DNA of 64,000 nt from Lama glama. Its lineage: Eukaryota. The stretch spans positions 28,708,001 to 28,772,000 of the forward strand of contig CM052817.1 of the NCBI GenBank assembly GCA_028534125.1, given 5' to 3'. Both the position numbers and the translations under genes were made by a program. The notes under the pieces were generated by a model that was not told the origin of the DNA, did no database searches, and saw only the letters and a list, made by a program, of their open reading frames with translations. Position 1 is the first letter of the stretch. Every line of letters begins with the position of its first letter. Shown one piece after another: positions 12,189 through 25,018 of this stretch.

Positions 12189-14759
12189 GGTGGCTAGGAG
12201 GCAAGGGAGTAAGATTCGACCAAACAGCTTTCATTAGTTGCTTTTTGCACGAGAGAATGTTAGTCAAACAGCATCCGGCTTGGCAATGATATCTCATGGA
12301 CATAGAGCTAGGAATAAAGAGAAACGTGTCACCAGATGGACTAAAGGGGACCATGAATAATGTAGCAAAGTCAAGCAGGGAAGGAAAAGCTAACACAGGG
12401 GGAAACTCCTTTACAACTACCTCCAGTGACATTAACTGACACATTTTTAGGATCAAAGTCATGTCTGCCTTTAGCCTGTGACTTAAAGAATTGCTGGCTA
12501 AAGTAGATGCTCAAGCCTCCATGAAGAAAGATCTAAAGTTTTTGGCAATAAATTAAAGAGTAGTTTCAATGCCTCACCTCACATCTACATCTAAACACTG
12601 CTACTTTAAAACTCTATCCAATGGATAGATTTAATTTATCTAAATCCAGAGACTAACTCCAATGGTATCATCTTTCCAAATAATCTGAAGTTATTTGTAT
12701 GTGGCCATTTAGAACTACTCTTGCAGCAAAGAGCAATTTAAATGAGAAAATTCAAAGCCAATCCATAATTATGTAGACTGTTTCCTAACTAGGAACTCAG
12801 AAAACATAGATTCATGCCAGGAAATTAGAGAGGCATTTAATTTAGAGGTTATTGTAATTTTTTGCCATTATCAAAGAGATATGAAAGTTACCAGTAAAGA
12901 AAAATGAGAAATATGCTCACTAACCTAGGAACACTTGAAGCACTTAACATGCATTTTTTGTGGTTCTGGGGACATATGATATAAATGACAAATATGTTAT
13001 AGATACCGTATATGGACAGTGCTGGGTCAGCCTTCTGGTGGTCTTCACAGGAAGGGGAAGACATGCTGATAATGTTCACATATCATGCAGTAGAAAAAGA
13101 TACTGACATTATCGTTGCAAAGCTCGCCTCTAAACTGTTTTATGCAGGCTAATGGGATTCCTGCAGATGTTTGATGTGACAAATAGATGAAACAGTCAAC
13201 AGGCTGTGACTTAGAATGTGTTATAGACTATAAAACTTCTCCTTCCCAAATGTCTCTTTAAGGATAGTTTATTCTTGCTCCAGGTGCATAAGTATTGCTA
13301 CTAATCTATCTGAATTTACTTTCTGCTACTAATAGCAATGTTTCTATTTGTAGCTTATAAAGTACTTTATGTATGTATTATCTGCTAAATATTGTGGGTT
13401 TTCTACCATATAACCAAGAAGAGCGAATCCCTGAAGGTTAAGTGGGGCTTGCCAGTCCACAGTGAACAATTGAGGTGGATTTCCATTTGCATCTGCTGCT
13501 CTTCCAACTTACAATTTTAATTACCAACAAAAGTTGTTATAATGGTTATAAAAGTCTTATAAAAGGGTTAACCTCACCAGACGCATTTGTATCAGGTGTG
13601 CCAGGAAAAGAATAGATATATTCTAAGAAACGAATGTATTTCTAACAGCCCTGGGTCTTTCCGGTCCTCTCCACTCCCAGTGTTTACCACCCTGTTTAAA
13701 TAGATAATCTCTCCCCTGGGTTATTATGATGGGATTCCAACTGGTCATACATAAACTCGTACCTTCTTTCCTCTGCAACCACAGTGAGAGTCTAAAAGCT
13801 TTCTGGTCATGTACTGTCAAGTTTCTTAACATTCATCGGCTTCTCATCGTCACCAGGAAAAATCCATAGCCTTTGACGTGGCTTAAAGGCTCAGTTCTCC
13901 ACTGATTTCTGCAGCTTTCTCTTTCTACATTCTGCCTTCTGGATTTCTTTTCTTTTCTCTATCTTGCAAGCCTTGTGTCATCCCCTTTACTTCTTGCCTA
14001 GAAAATTCCATCTTAGTTTTCAGGTGTAGGTCAAATGTCTTCTGGTAGAGCTCCCTCTTTCTCCCGGATCACTGGAGATCCACATGTGCGCCTTTGGCAT
14101 CTGTGCTTTTATTTTGTTAGCTTTCGTTACACCCAGAATTATTTACTGATGAAAAACTCTGTAAGTCCACCGTGTGTTTCTTATTCGTAACTGTAGCATC
14201 AACATTTAATTTGGTTGTCAAATTAAAAAAATAACCAAAAGAAAAATTAAACAAAAAATCAACAACAAATGAATGAACAAGTGGATGTAGAAGTAAAATG
14301 GTGAGTACTGATATGAATGAGAAATTAATGGCTCTCTAGTCAGGCTTCCATTTAGCTTTTTAAAAAATTGCCCAATTAAACCCCCACCGAAACTTCAAAA
14401 ACCCGTATGACAAGTGCATAACGCCAACCTATGGGGTATTTTTACACTAACAGTGGTTAATGGAATGACTAACATACGAGGTATGACATTTTGCAGATGG
14501 AGAACAGCCGTAGTGATGGATGTTGCAAAAAGGCACACAGTAACAGTATAGGAAACTTTGACTATTTGGAATCAAAATTTCAATGACAACCCTAACTATG
14601 CTATAAATGCATCTGTTTCAGTTTCTACATGCTGACAACAGTACAAGTGAAATGGAAATTTCACCCTAATTTGAAGACAGATCCTGTCTGCTCTCCATCT
14701 GTAGGTGATTTCCGCTACCAACTGGCAGAATCTAGGCAAAAAAATAAAAAAATAAAAAA

Positions 14760-14990
14760 CCATACTAACTACTATATATAAAATAGATAAACAATAAGTT
14801 TCTACTGTGTAGCACAAGGAGCTATATTCAATATCTTATAGCAAACTATAGTGAAAAATAATATAAAAATGAATATATGTATGTATATGCATAACTGAAA
14901 CATTATGCTCTACACCAGAAATTAACACATTGCAAACTGACTATACTTTCATAAAAAAATAAAAATATTTAAAAATTAAAAAAAAAATTT
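14760..14990 (+). mobile_element. L1 extreme 3' end (cetartiodactyl-type), heavily 5'-truncated
   Basis: ctactatatataaaatagataaacaa...ctactgtgtagcacaaggagctatattcaatatctt...caaactgactatactt plus A-rich tail. Confidence 0.85.
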
Positions 14991-16359
14991 AAGGCTTTCC
15001 AGTTAAACATTTAGAGCATTAAATGATTTAACAATACTTTCTATTGTTCTTTTCAATTCTAGGAACAATGACCTGCAAATTTCCTTGGGATAGTAAGTAT
15101 TCTTTATATAGGACTACTGTGATGATTGTTAAAAGCAAGATTGCTGGATATAAAATAATAAATTTAGGGCACACTTCATTTTCTTCATGTCCCCAGGTGA
15201 CAAGAGATAGCATTTTCAGTGACAATTTATTTGTTATTAGGAAGATTCTAGTTTGAGGTTGGATTGATTTAATTAGTGTGTTTTGTGTGTAGGTAGATTT
15301 GGAATTTTATACTGAAATATTGCTACCAGTTTCTGCTGAGGTGACTGTGCTTATGAAATGGCTGCTTTATCCCTGCATTTGTACTGTCTCCATTTCAAAC
15401 AAGAAAGAGCCTGAGGTCGTTGAATAATGAGGGGGACGGGAGAAGGCAGGCTATCAAATATGCTAATGAGTTAACTGGATTGAGGGTTTATTATACTGTG
15501 ATATCAAAAGCATTTTGTTTGGGCTTCAAATTGAAATGCACTATTTAGAAATAAACAGGTTCTAAAAGGACATTATACTGCCTTGTTAACAAGCCGGTCC
15601 ATGCACAGTCATCCACTCACTGTTCAGGGTGCATCAGGACCACACCCATAAACCAACGCTTTGAACCTGTACCTCCACAGGCTACTGGTGACTTTGTTTC
15701 CTTAATAGAACTTTCCAAGCTGTATCATTCCTCCACTGACAAGTGTTTTGAGAAAGGCGTCTATTCTAAACAGCAAACTTTTTGTCATAGCCCGATCTAA
15801 CCAAGACGAAGATGTGAGCTCTTTTGAAGTGACTGGATTCAGTACTAAGGAGCAGCTTCTGGCTTGGCCTCTATCATGCTGCACAAGATTTCTAGGTGCT
15901 GAGGGAAGTGGTTATCATGCTGTGTAGAATGCAGGGAACTCTAGAACAATGGAGGCAGTTATGAAAAATTGATATTTCTAGTTCGGGGAAGGAAATTTAG
16001 ACACAGTGATCAGTGTTTTTATTATCATTAGATCAGAACTGCCTATATTTTTAGCTGTGAGAAATATACCTTTTAACATTTCACATTTTCTTTGATTTAT
16101 GTTTTTCTACTACAGTCTTATTTTTCATAGTGCATAATTCATCATAGAATTATAATATAATCTCAGAGCGATAAAATCAAGAAGCAAGAATGTAACTAAA
16201 GAGGAAAATGGTCATTCCTGTGGTATGGCTTGACCCTGTATGGTTCTATATAATACTACTGGATGAGCACAGAATTTCTGTGCATAGGAAATATTTGATT
16301 TCCTATTTGTGAAAAAAATTTCCCAGAAAAGGACAAATATTAAAATTATATTAAAATTT

Positions 16360-16625
16360 CAAAACACTGATAGGGCAGAAATGGATTAAAAAAAAAATAC
16401 TCTCCAAAAATTCTGTCTTCCATAGAAGCAGTGAAACTGGCAACAGTGGTCAAAATCAACTTTTCAAACACTCAGGAAATTAACCATAGAATTGCAAAAA
16501 TTTGCATAGTTTTATTCACAATTTTACAGAATCTCAATAAGAAAAGTCAATGTACTGTTGTCACTGAATTGTGTACTGTAAAAGGCTGAATTTTATGGTA
16601 TTGAATTATATCTTAATAAAAAAAA
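16360..16625 (+). mobile_element. Old L1M fragments
   Basis: ggtcaaaatcaacttttc...; cactgaattgtgtact...gaattttatggtattgaattatatcttaataaa 3' end. Confidence 0.55.
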
Positions 16626-17919
16626 CTGGTAACATTTGTTCACTAAAGAAAAAAGGGGGAAGAAATTCACCTTGGTGTCAATATTTATATACATTCAAAA
16701 TAATCAGATAATGAGATATTACAATATTAAATAAAAGTTTAGGGGAAATATTACCTTTGGAACAGTAGCAACCCTCCAAAAACTCTATAGCAAAATCTCA
16801 AATTATTTTTGCATTCAGATAATTCAGTTTTACTACATTGATATAGATGACTTTGAATTTTAGGGAATTAAAGCAAATATTTGCATGGATAAGCATGGAA
16901 AATATCAACACTGATTTGTGTCTGAGTTTACTTTAAAAAATTTCCTTGGGATATAGAAGGGATCTATGAAGTTTAACTATGTTTACGAAACTTCCGTAAA
17001 ACAGCCCATTTCCTTGAAATTTTGTACAGCAAATAAATTTTACTAACAAACAGGGGGCAGCTGTAAATGATGCATAATGATGAAAAATAGATATGCTTTG
17101 GTTTTCTGAATCAGAAAGGTGATGAAAAATTAATAGTGGGGCATAATTCCTGAGTCTTAAGGCTAAAGCCTGAGTGAAAAATTAGTATCCTATAGAACAG
17201 GCTGGGGATTTGAGAGCATTCATTTCTCCACAAGCTTCACTTTACAAATTCATGCTACTTTGTTTAATCTCCCTTTCATTCATTAGCCGAGTCATTAATA
17301 TATTTATTCAATATTTAATTTAATTTAGATATTTGATGTTCAGTTAATCTTAAGCATTTATTAAGTAGCTAATGGTGCAAAATATTGTTTAAATGTAATG
17401 AATACAAGACTGGTAGCGATTATAACTCTTCTTTCATGTAATTACAGAATGGACTTAAGGCCATGCGTGGAAATCTTTTGAGGTGTAGCAATTACATATC
17501 TCTACTAAAGGAATTCAAATACAGAAATATCATCATGGCAAGAAGGTCTTTTTATAAGCAGTTGAAATGTTCTTGAGCGATTCTAAAAATTGTTTAAAGT
17601 GCCTTTCATATGTTAAGTTCGCACAGCAACCCTTAAAATAGGCACTACTAGTATCACCATGTTATAGAAGGCAACTATGTGGTGGAGACATGATGGTTCA
17701 TCAAGTTCAGCACACTGCTCCTTCCCGTGTGCTATTTTAAAGATAAACTTGGACATCTTATTGTTTTAGCCATCATAATTCAGAGAGTATCTCTGAAAGA
17801 GCTGAACATTTTTTCAAGATATCCGCAATATCACTGTTAAAAAATAATAATTTCTTACCATTAAACATCTATCTGTCTTAAAACTCTTTGATGATGATGA
17901 TGATTTTTACAGTGGGCTT

Positions 17920-18310
17920 GACTGGAATCAGGATAAAATCAATATTCCCACATGGCACGTAAAGTCTGTCTTTTGATTAAAGAAATCTTTTCAAGACGTT
18001 TCTTTATCCCTGTTTTTCCAGCAAAATGGCAGTTAGATCCAGACACCTATCAGATTCAGCTCTCACGTTTTTGGTAAGAATACAGCATAGCTCGTTTTGG
18101 GAGCTTCCTGTTCACATCAAGAGGCACTAATGTCTGATGTCTCTCTATGTAGAATGTTAAGATTTGGCAGTGAGATCAGATATTATAAAGTTTCCCATTA
18201 CCCTTTCATGTCATAACTTTAGCATCTGTGGATGACAATTATTTAGATCAATTATTTCACTATGGTTTGCCAAATGGTGGTATTTTATTTTTATTGCTTA
18301 TTCTGCCATA
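17920..18310 (-). mobile_element. Old L1MC/ME 3' fragment
   Basis: tagatccaga...cagattcag...tttggtaagaatac...catcaagaggcac..aatgtctg recalled from L1MC-type 3' UTRs. Confidence 0.45.
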
Positions 18311-18587
18311 AAAAAAACCTACAGGGAAAGAGAAAAATGTGGTAGGAAGGGAGTGTGTGCTGTGTTTCCTTTCAAACTCTTTTTATTCTATATCATCAGA
18401 TAGGTGAGGACTGAGCTGGCAAAACTACATCTCTAGTTTGGGAGAGGCAGAGGGAGAAACAGTCATACACGTAAATGAATTTTGTCCCTGTCATAATAAA
18501 TATTATATTGGGGGGCACAAAGAAAGAAGTGACAAATAATTCTTGGGAGTTAGAAGCAGTTAGAAACAGCTGGAAAAAGTAATAGAA

Positions 18588-18605
18588 TGTGTGTGTGTGT
18601 GTGTG
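18588..18605. repeat. (TG)n microsatellite
   Basis: Direct observation. Confidence 0.9.
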
Positions 18606-18967
18606 CGCCTTTGTACACATGGGTACATGTTGATAAAATGAGAAAGAGGTGGCAGAAAATGGAGGACTTTATTAATTGTATAAAGCACGTTGTAAGTTTT
18701 TCTTAATAGGCAGTGAGATGAAAAATTTTAAGCAAAAGAATATGAAAAATTTGTGTTGTAGGAAGATCACATTTCTAGCTGCAAGAAGGATGGACTGAAA
18801 GGAAAAAGACTGAAGGCAGACCAGTGCAGTACTTGGATTCCTGCAGCTGAAGTGGAGGAAGATGAAGGTGTGACCCTGTAGCTACAGTAGAATCAGTCTT
18901 TCTTTGTACCCCGAGCTTAGCACTTGTTAAATTAGACTGAAATTTCTAGTCTGCCTTCTGCATTGAA

Positions 18968-19195
18968 CCAGTGAATATCAAACCAAGGTGACGGGAGCAA
19001 TTTGCCCCAGGTGCAGGCCATAAAAGTGGATCATTTTAAAATGCCAGTAAAACCAACTATCAATTAATCTGCTTTTTATTATCACCATGCACCGGCAACC
19101 CTAAACTTTGTTCCTATTAAAACACTTCTCCCTGACAAAAACATATTTTGTTGGTCTAAGTTCTCATTCATTGTTTCTTTTCATTAGTTTTAACG
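18968..19195. mobile_element. hAT-Tip100 Arthur1-like DNA transposon fragment
   Basis: tgccccaggtgcagg...tctgctttttattatcaccatgcaccggcaa recalled from the Arthur1 consensus. Confidence 0.6.
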
Positions 19196-19472
19196 AATCA
19201 GTTTCCAATGGGTCTCTTAACAGCATTTTAAAGAAAACCTAATTTGCTGCTTCTTTAGCTCCTGCTGCTGCGATTGGAGAGTGAGGGTCAGAGGGAAAAA
19301 GAGACTAGATGGACAGAAAAATTTACTCATGAGAATATAATCCTGAAGATTATAATAAAAAGTTTCTTCATTAATGTATTCTTGCACATAAGAATGCTAT
19401 ATTCAGTTATATTCAAAAGTAGCTATAATAATATTTTTATAAACATTTTTTCAGAATGTCATCTGCTATAGT

Positions 19473-20042
19473 TGAGGTGGGAAGCCCCATAAAAATAGAC
19501 TGGCAGGACCCCCAGTCAGGGCCACTACTCTCCTGCAAGCACCATCCAGTTCCCTGGCCCAGTGGCTTTATCTCACTTTTTGCCTCTGAAATGGCTTACT
19601 TCTAGGAAAGTGGAACTTAGCCCTAAAATTCTATTGGTTCCCTGAGCTAACTCCTGATTGGTCCATTTGTAGTGCTTCATTTGCATGGAGCTCACTCCTG
19701 ATTGGTTATTTCTCTCACTCCTCATTGGTCCATTTCTTTCACTCCTGATCGGTCTATTTCTACAAAGCTTGTTCCTAATTAGTCATCTTTGTTACAGCTT
19801 ATTTGCATATGATGTTACAAAATGTTACAAAGTCTAGACTGGAGCCTATAAAAGCCTGTGTAAACCTATAGATGGGGTCCAGAGCTTGGAATGTTTACTC
19901 CTCTGGGCCCGCTGGCATAATAAAACTGAGTTCTCGAACTCTCTGAGTGCTGCTTGGTCTCTCGCCCGGATCCAGGTTGCTGTCACAGCTGAGCTGTAAC
20001 ACTGAGCTGTAATACTGAGCTGTAACACACTTTTCTGTAACA
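19473..20042 (+). mobile_element. Well-preserved ERV1-class solo LTR (570 bp)
   Basis: TG...CA termini with perfect TSD TAGT (19469-19472 and 20043-20046). ATTGG array, octamers, TATAAAA 19847-19853, AATAAA 19919-19924, 13-bp U5 tandem repeat. Confidence 0.9.
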
Positions 20043-20627
20043 TAGTATTCTTACATATTTAAACTTACAGAGTTTTCTCTTATAGTGTCCCCTTTTCAAC
20101 ATCCTTATATGTACAAATTCAAATTCCCTTCTTTCAAGCCCCAGCTCAAATTCCATTGCTACCACAAAGCTGTCTCTTCTCTCTAAACTTATGTAGCAGT
20201 TCCTTTATTATAGCTGACTCCACTGCTTATACTCTGTCAGTCATTGTGTACACATCATCCTATTAAAATTAAATCCATTTTTATTATTGCTTATTCATTG
20301 CTGTATCTTTAACACATTTGGTAAAATACTTTGTCCATAGTAGGCACTCTAGAAATAGTCATAGATTACTTTGAGTTCATGTATACAGAGAATTTATATG
20401 ACTTTTAAGATGCTTTCCAATCCTGCAGTTGTGTGAATCTTTTAACCTCTGGATGTCATGCTTCAAAATGAATGCTTTTGAGAATATAGAGAGGAAGAAA
20501 AAATTTGAAAGAAAATAGATTTATGTTTAAGAGTTTTATAAGAAACTCTTTCAAATTGCATCCCTTTTTAATGAACAAAATTATGCTTTGGTAATGTTTG
20601 CTTAACTAACCTATACTAAAAAACACT

Positions 20628-21246
20628 AGTATACAACGTTGCCATAATTTGGAAGCAACTAAGGTGTCCTTTAGTAGGTGAATAGATAAACAAACTGTGG
20701 TAAATCCAGACAATGAAATATTATTCAGTGCTGAAAAATAAAGGGGTTAAGCCATGACAAGACATTGGAGGAAACTTCAATGCATACTACTAAGTGAGAG
20801 AAGACAATGTGAAAAGGCTATGCACTGTATGATTCCAACCACATAACATTCTGAAAAAGGCAACACTATGGAGACAGCAAAAAAAAAAAAAAGTGGTTAC
20901 CAGTGGTTTGGGGAGGAAGGAGGGAATGATTAAGCAGAACATGGGCAATGTTGGTGGCAGTGAAAAATACTCTGTGTGATACTATAATGATGGATATCCA
21001 TCAGTATGCATTTATCCAAACCCACAGAATGTGCGAGTCCAAGAGTGAACAATCATGTCAACTATGGACTTCGGGTGATAACGATGCATCAATGCAGGTT
21101 CACCAGTTGTAATAATGTACCATTCTGGTGGGGATGTTGATAGTGGAGGAGGATATTGGGGCCAGGATGTACATGGGAAATCTCAGTACCTTCCCCTCAA
21201 TTTTGTTGTAACCTAAAATTGCTCTTTAAAAAGTTCTTTTTAAAAA
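20628..21246 (+). mobile_element. L1MC1/2-like 3' end
   Basis: tggaagcaactaaggtgtcctttagtaggtgaatagataaacaaactgtgg...tgtatgattccaac...ccaagagtgaac...ggaaatctcagtaccttcccctcaattttg. Confidence 0.85.
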
Positions 21247-22309
21247 GTGGGGAGCTTTAAAATGACTCTGTAATACAATTGTGTCCACCTACTTGCAACC
21301 TGACACAGCAAATCAGTTATTTTCTAAATGTTCTCTGTCTTGCTAGTTTGCCCCTTTCCTGGTCCTCTGGCAAGAGAGTAAAGAATTTTGCTTGGGCTTG
21401 TTTCCTCTGCACCTGTTAAGTGTTTCTGGGTTACCAGCTTCTTTAGCGATACATGAGGTACAAAGAAAACTTAGGAAATTCCATTCCCATGTTCTTTGGG
21501 TCTCAATGTCTCTAACCAGCCTTCCTTCTTCTATTAGTCTTTAAGAGCCTCTGATTTATGTATATCTAAGGTGTTTAGTTATAATTAGTGGGAGATATAG
21601 GGGAACATATATCTATTCCATTTTTCCAAAATTGAAAAGCTCACAATTTGACTTTCATTTCCTTTTTCCATCTTACTTAGTACTCAATATAGCCCCACTT
21701 GAACTGATAACATTAAAACATCAGATCACAAGTTAAATAAATATTATATATTAAACAAAAGGTATACCATATGAGCTCCAAAATATATTTATTCTCCCAA
21801 AATACTCAACTTCAATGCCTGCTTCCAACACTGTTGACTTTTGGTGACCCTCCAGATTTTATCTCATGATTCTTTGGAAAAGGAGTTTCATAGAGCAGTA
21901 TTAGTCTAAGTCATCTTTAAAATTTGGAGTTTCTTTTTCTTCAGGGAAGAGTCCTTATTCTAGCTTCCTGCCTTGATCCCCTTGTAACCCAGTTGGAGTC
22001 AACCAGGATGTAGCCTCTGGTGAAAGCATAATGGTTTAGGAGAATCAGACCATAAGCTTCTTCCCAAAGGCCATCGCTAGTAATTTGCATTTATTGAATG
22101 CTGTTAACTTTAAGCCACATGCTTGAGGTATGGTTAAGTATTCAATAGACTATTACTGAAATAATTTACTAAGAAGGACTGTCAGGATAGACAATCTCAC
22201 CAGCATCACTTCTCTTGTGGTGGACATATGAAGCTCTGAAATAGTCCTCATTTACCAAATTCTTGCCATTGTGACTCAATTTGAAGTTTTCTGTTGGGAA
22301 AAAATAGAG

Positions 22310-22700
22310 CAGGGTGCGAAGTTCAGATCTACCCGCTGCCCTTCATTGCTGGGCTTTGTATTATAGGCGGATCACCTCTGTTAAATTAAATTTCCTAGGC
22401 TCCTTTGCCAGCTGGTTTCCCCTTATCTTGTGACAATGGAAAGTGTTGGGGGCAGTTGGAATGTGGGGAACTAGGATACTCTCCCCCTTCTCTCTTTGCT
22501 TTGGGAGGCATCTTTGGAAGTAAAAGTGACTCATTAGAGGCCACAGTTCTTAGTGGACATTTTACTCCTCTCTGTTCCAAATTCTTTATCTAACAGTACT
22601 GACTCCTGGGTTCTGGTAAGACCACTACTTCCCCTTTCCCTCCATCTCTAGGAGAGCTGGCAATGCTGTACCTCAGTTATCTCATATAAATCTTCTCTGT
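22310..22700 (+). mobile_element. Degenerate ERVL-type LTR (LTR33/LTR41-like)
   Basis: ttcagatctaccc... and gactcctgggttctggtaagaccactacttcccctt. Confidence 0.4.
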
Positions 22701-23399
22701 GATGCTGTGTTATCCCCGTTATCCCGTGTTGCACAAGTGGCAAGTGGTAGAGATGGGATTTGAACTGTAACAACCTAGCCACCAACCTCTATCCATGTAA
22801 CCAGCGTGTTGCGGTGACTAAGCCATTCTTCCCAAAATGAAATGCAGAATTTGAGAGTAGCTCTTTCCCTAAAACCTGGTAGGTTATTCAAGGCAAATCA
22901 TATATCTGGGTTTTGCTTAACAGTCCGCTGTGGACAGTACTTTATATAATAGTAGAGCGAGAAATCAAAAATATATCCAAAATTGAACACAGATTTAAAA
23001 TTCTGAGTTAATAATGTTTTTCTCCCTATATTATCCTGAAAGAAACAATGTGATACATGCTGCTCAACTTCTCTTCAGCCAACCACAGAGGAGGCTGAGC
23101 TCTGTAATTCTTGAAGATATTTATTCCCTCTCAGCGCCCATTCTTTAGGGAAATTTCATGATATTAAGCATCTCTTTCTGCAGAGACGGTGAGGCAAAAA
23201 CTGGCTGGCTTATGATGAGACAGCTTATTTCCACATATGCAACCAGGAAGAAACCTCCTGTCATTCAGGCCGACCTTTTAGCTTGCTATTGACATTTCTG
23301 TCTCGTAATTTGTTAAGAGGTAACTTCCCAGTTGTATTGGGAGAGACTTTCAATCTGGTTGTCAGCTAAAATAAGATTTTAGTGCATCCTCAGATGAAA

Positions 23400-24493
23400 T
23401 CGTTTTCTCTTGTGGGCTAAGAGTTTATTAATCAATACCAAGGCTGTTTGGATCGGACTCTGCCTCCATTTTGAATTATGTTAAGTCTCCAACTTGTCAA
23501 CATTAAGGTTGAACCGATCATTCTCCAGTTTGGGATTTTAAAGGAACATTGAAGATCATGTAACAACTGAATATTTTAAAAGAAGAGTCAGTAGAGATCA
23601 AGGAATTCTAATATATTTCCTTTTTTTTAAATAAATACATAAAGCTCTTTATCATTTCCCTCAATTATTTTGCTTAACATGATAATAAGATCTTTCAGAG
23701 CATCATTATACCAATTTTCACAGCCTGATGTAAGGACTCATTTCACAGAAATAATAATGACTAGCAGTAATAGATGAATGTCAGTGCCATAACACAAGAT
23801 TATAAGGCATATTTACACCATCTTAACATACAGAACACCATACACATACACAAAGAAATCACAGATCCGGAACAAATAAAATTCAACCTAGACAACTTAC
23901 ATTTATAGGCTTTGCCTGAACCTTTTAAAAAAAATTTTTTTTTGGTATTTTTTTTTTTCTTTCCAAGCAACAAACAGATATTCCCTAAGTCTTGTGATTT
24001 ATTTGTAACATTTGTGCTCATGCAAAAATAGTACTTGTTTTATTGCATTAACATTTAAACAGTTTTGGGTTTGGGTCCCAAAACCATCATCTAACATTTT
24101 ACTTGATGTTGCTTCATCCATATCGTTACTTTATTTGGAGTGATACGATGATTTGTTTTTGGTGAGTTACAAAATGACAAACATATCCAGTTGACCACAA
24201 TTCAAAAATCAAGATTCTAAGCTTCTTGGTCATGCACATTTTACTTTCATTCTTGTGAAATAGTTTGAATCAGATACACCACTTGATTCAACATTTATTA
24301 GTTTTCTGTTTTTTAAAACCATATTTCTAAAAACAACAACAGAAAGAATGAAAGAAAATACCGTCCCACATCCACTGTTCACAAAAAAGGAAGAGCAGCA
24401 AGAATCACACTGACCATTGTTAGTACACAGTCAGGTGGTGACACCATAGTAAACATTGAATGTCATTGAAATACTGCAGGAAGGAGATAATTA
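23400..24493 (-). other. KCTD8: KCTD8 3' UTR (3' end uncertain)
   Basis: Repeat-free AU-rich sequence following the stop codon, with several AATAAA hexamers on the minus strand. Confidence 0.65.
24039..24044 (-). terminator. Candidate polyadenylation signal AATAAA
   Basis: tttatt on + strand. Alternatives at 24294-24299, 24130-24135, 23998-24003, 23424-23429 and 23120-23125. Which is used cannot be determined from sequence. Confidence 0.4.

Positions 24494-25018
<525 letters not shown>

Noticed and set aside
19692..19762. Spaced short repeats as a CRISPR-like array (also 46239-46300 and 42137-42186)
   Set aside because: Head-to-tail tandem repeats with no unique spacers, in eukaryotic transposon context, with no cas genes.
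22915..22945. REST/NRSE-like site (ctgtggacagtac)
   Set aside because: Only the right half resembles the motif; the TTCAGCACC half is missing.
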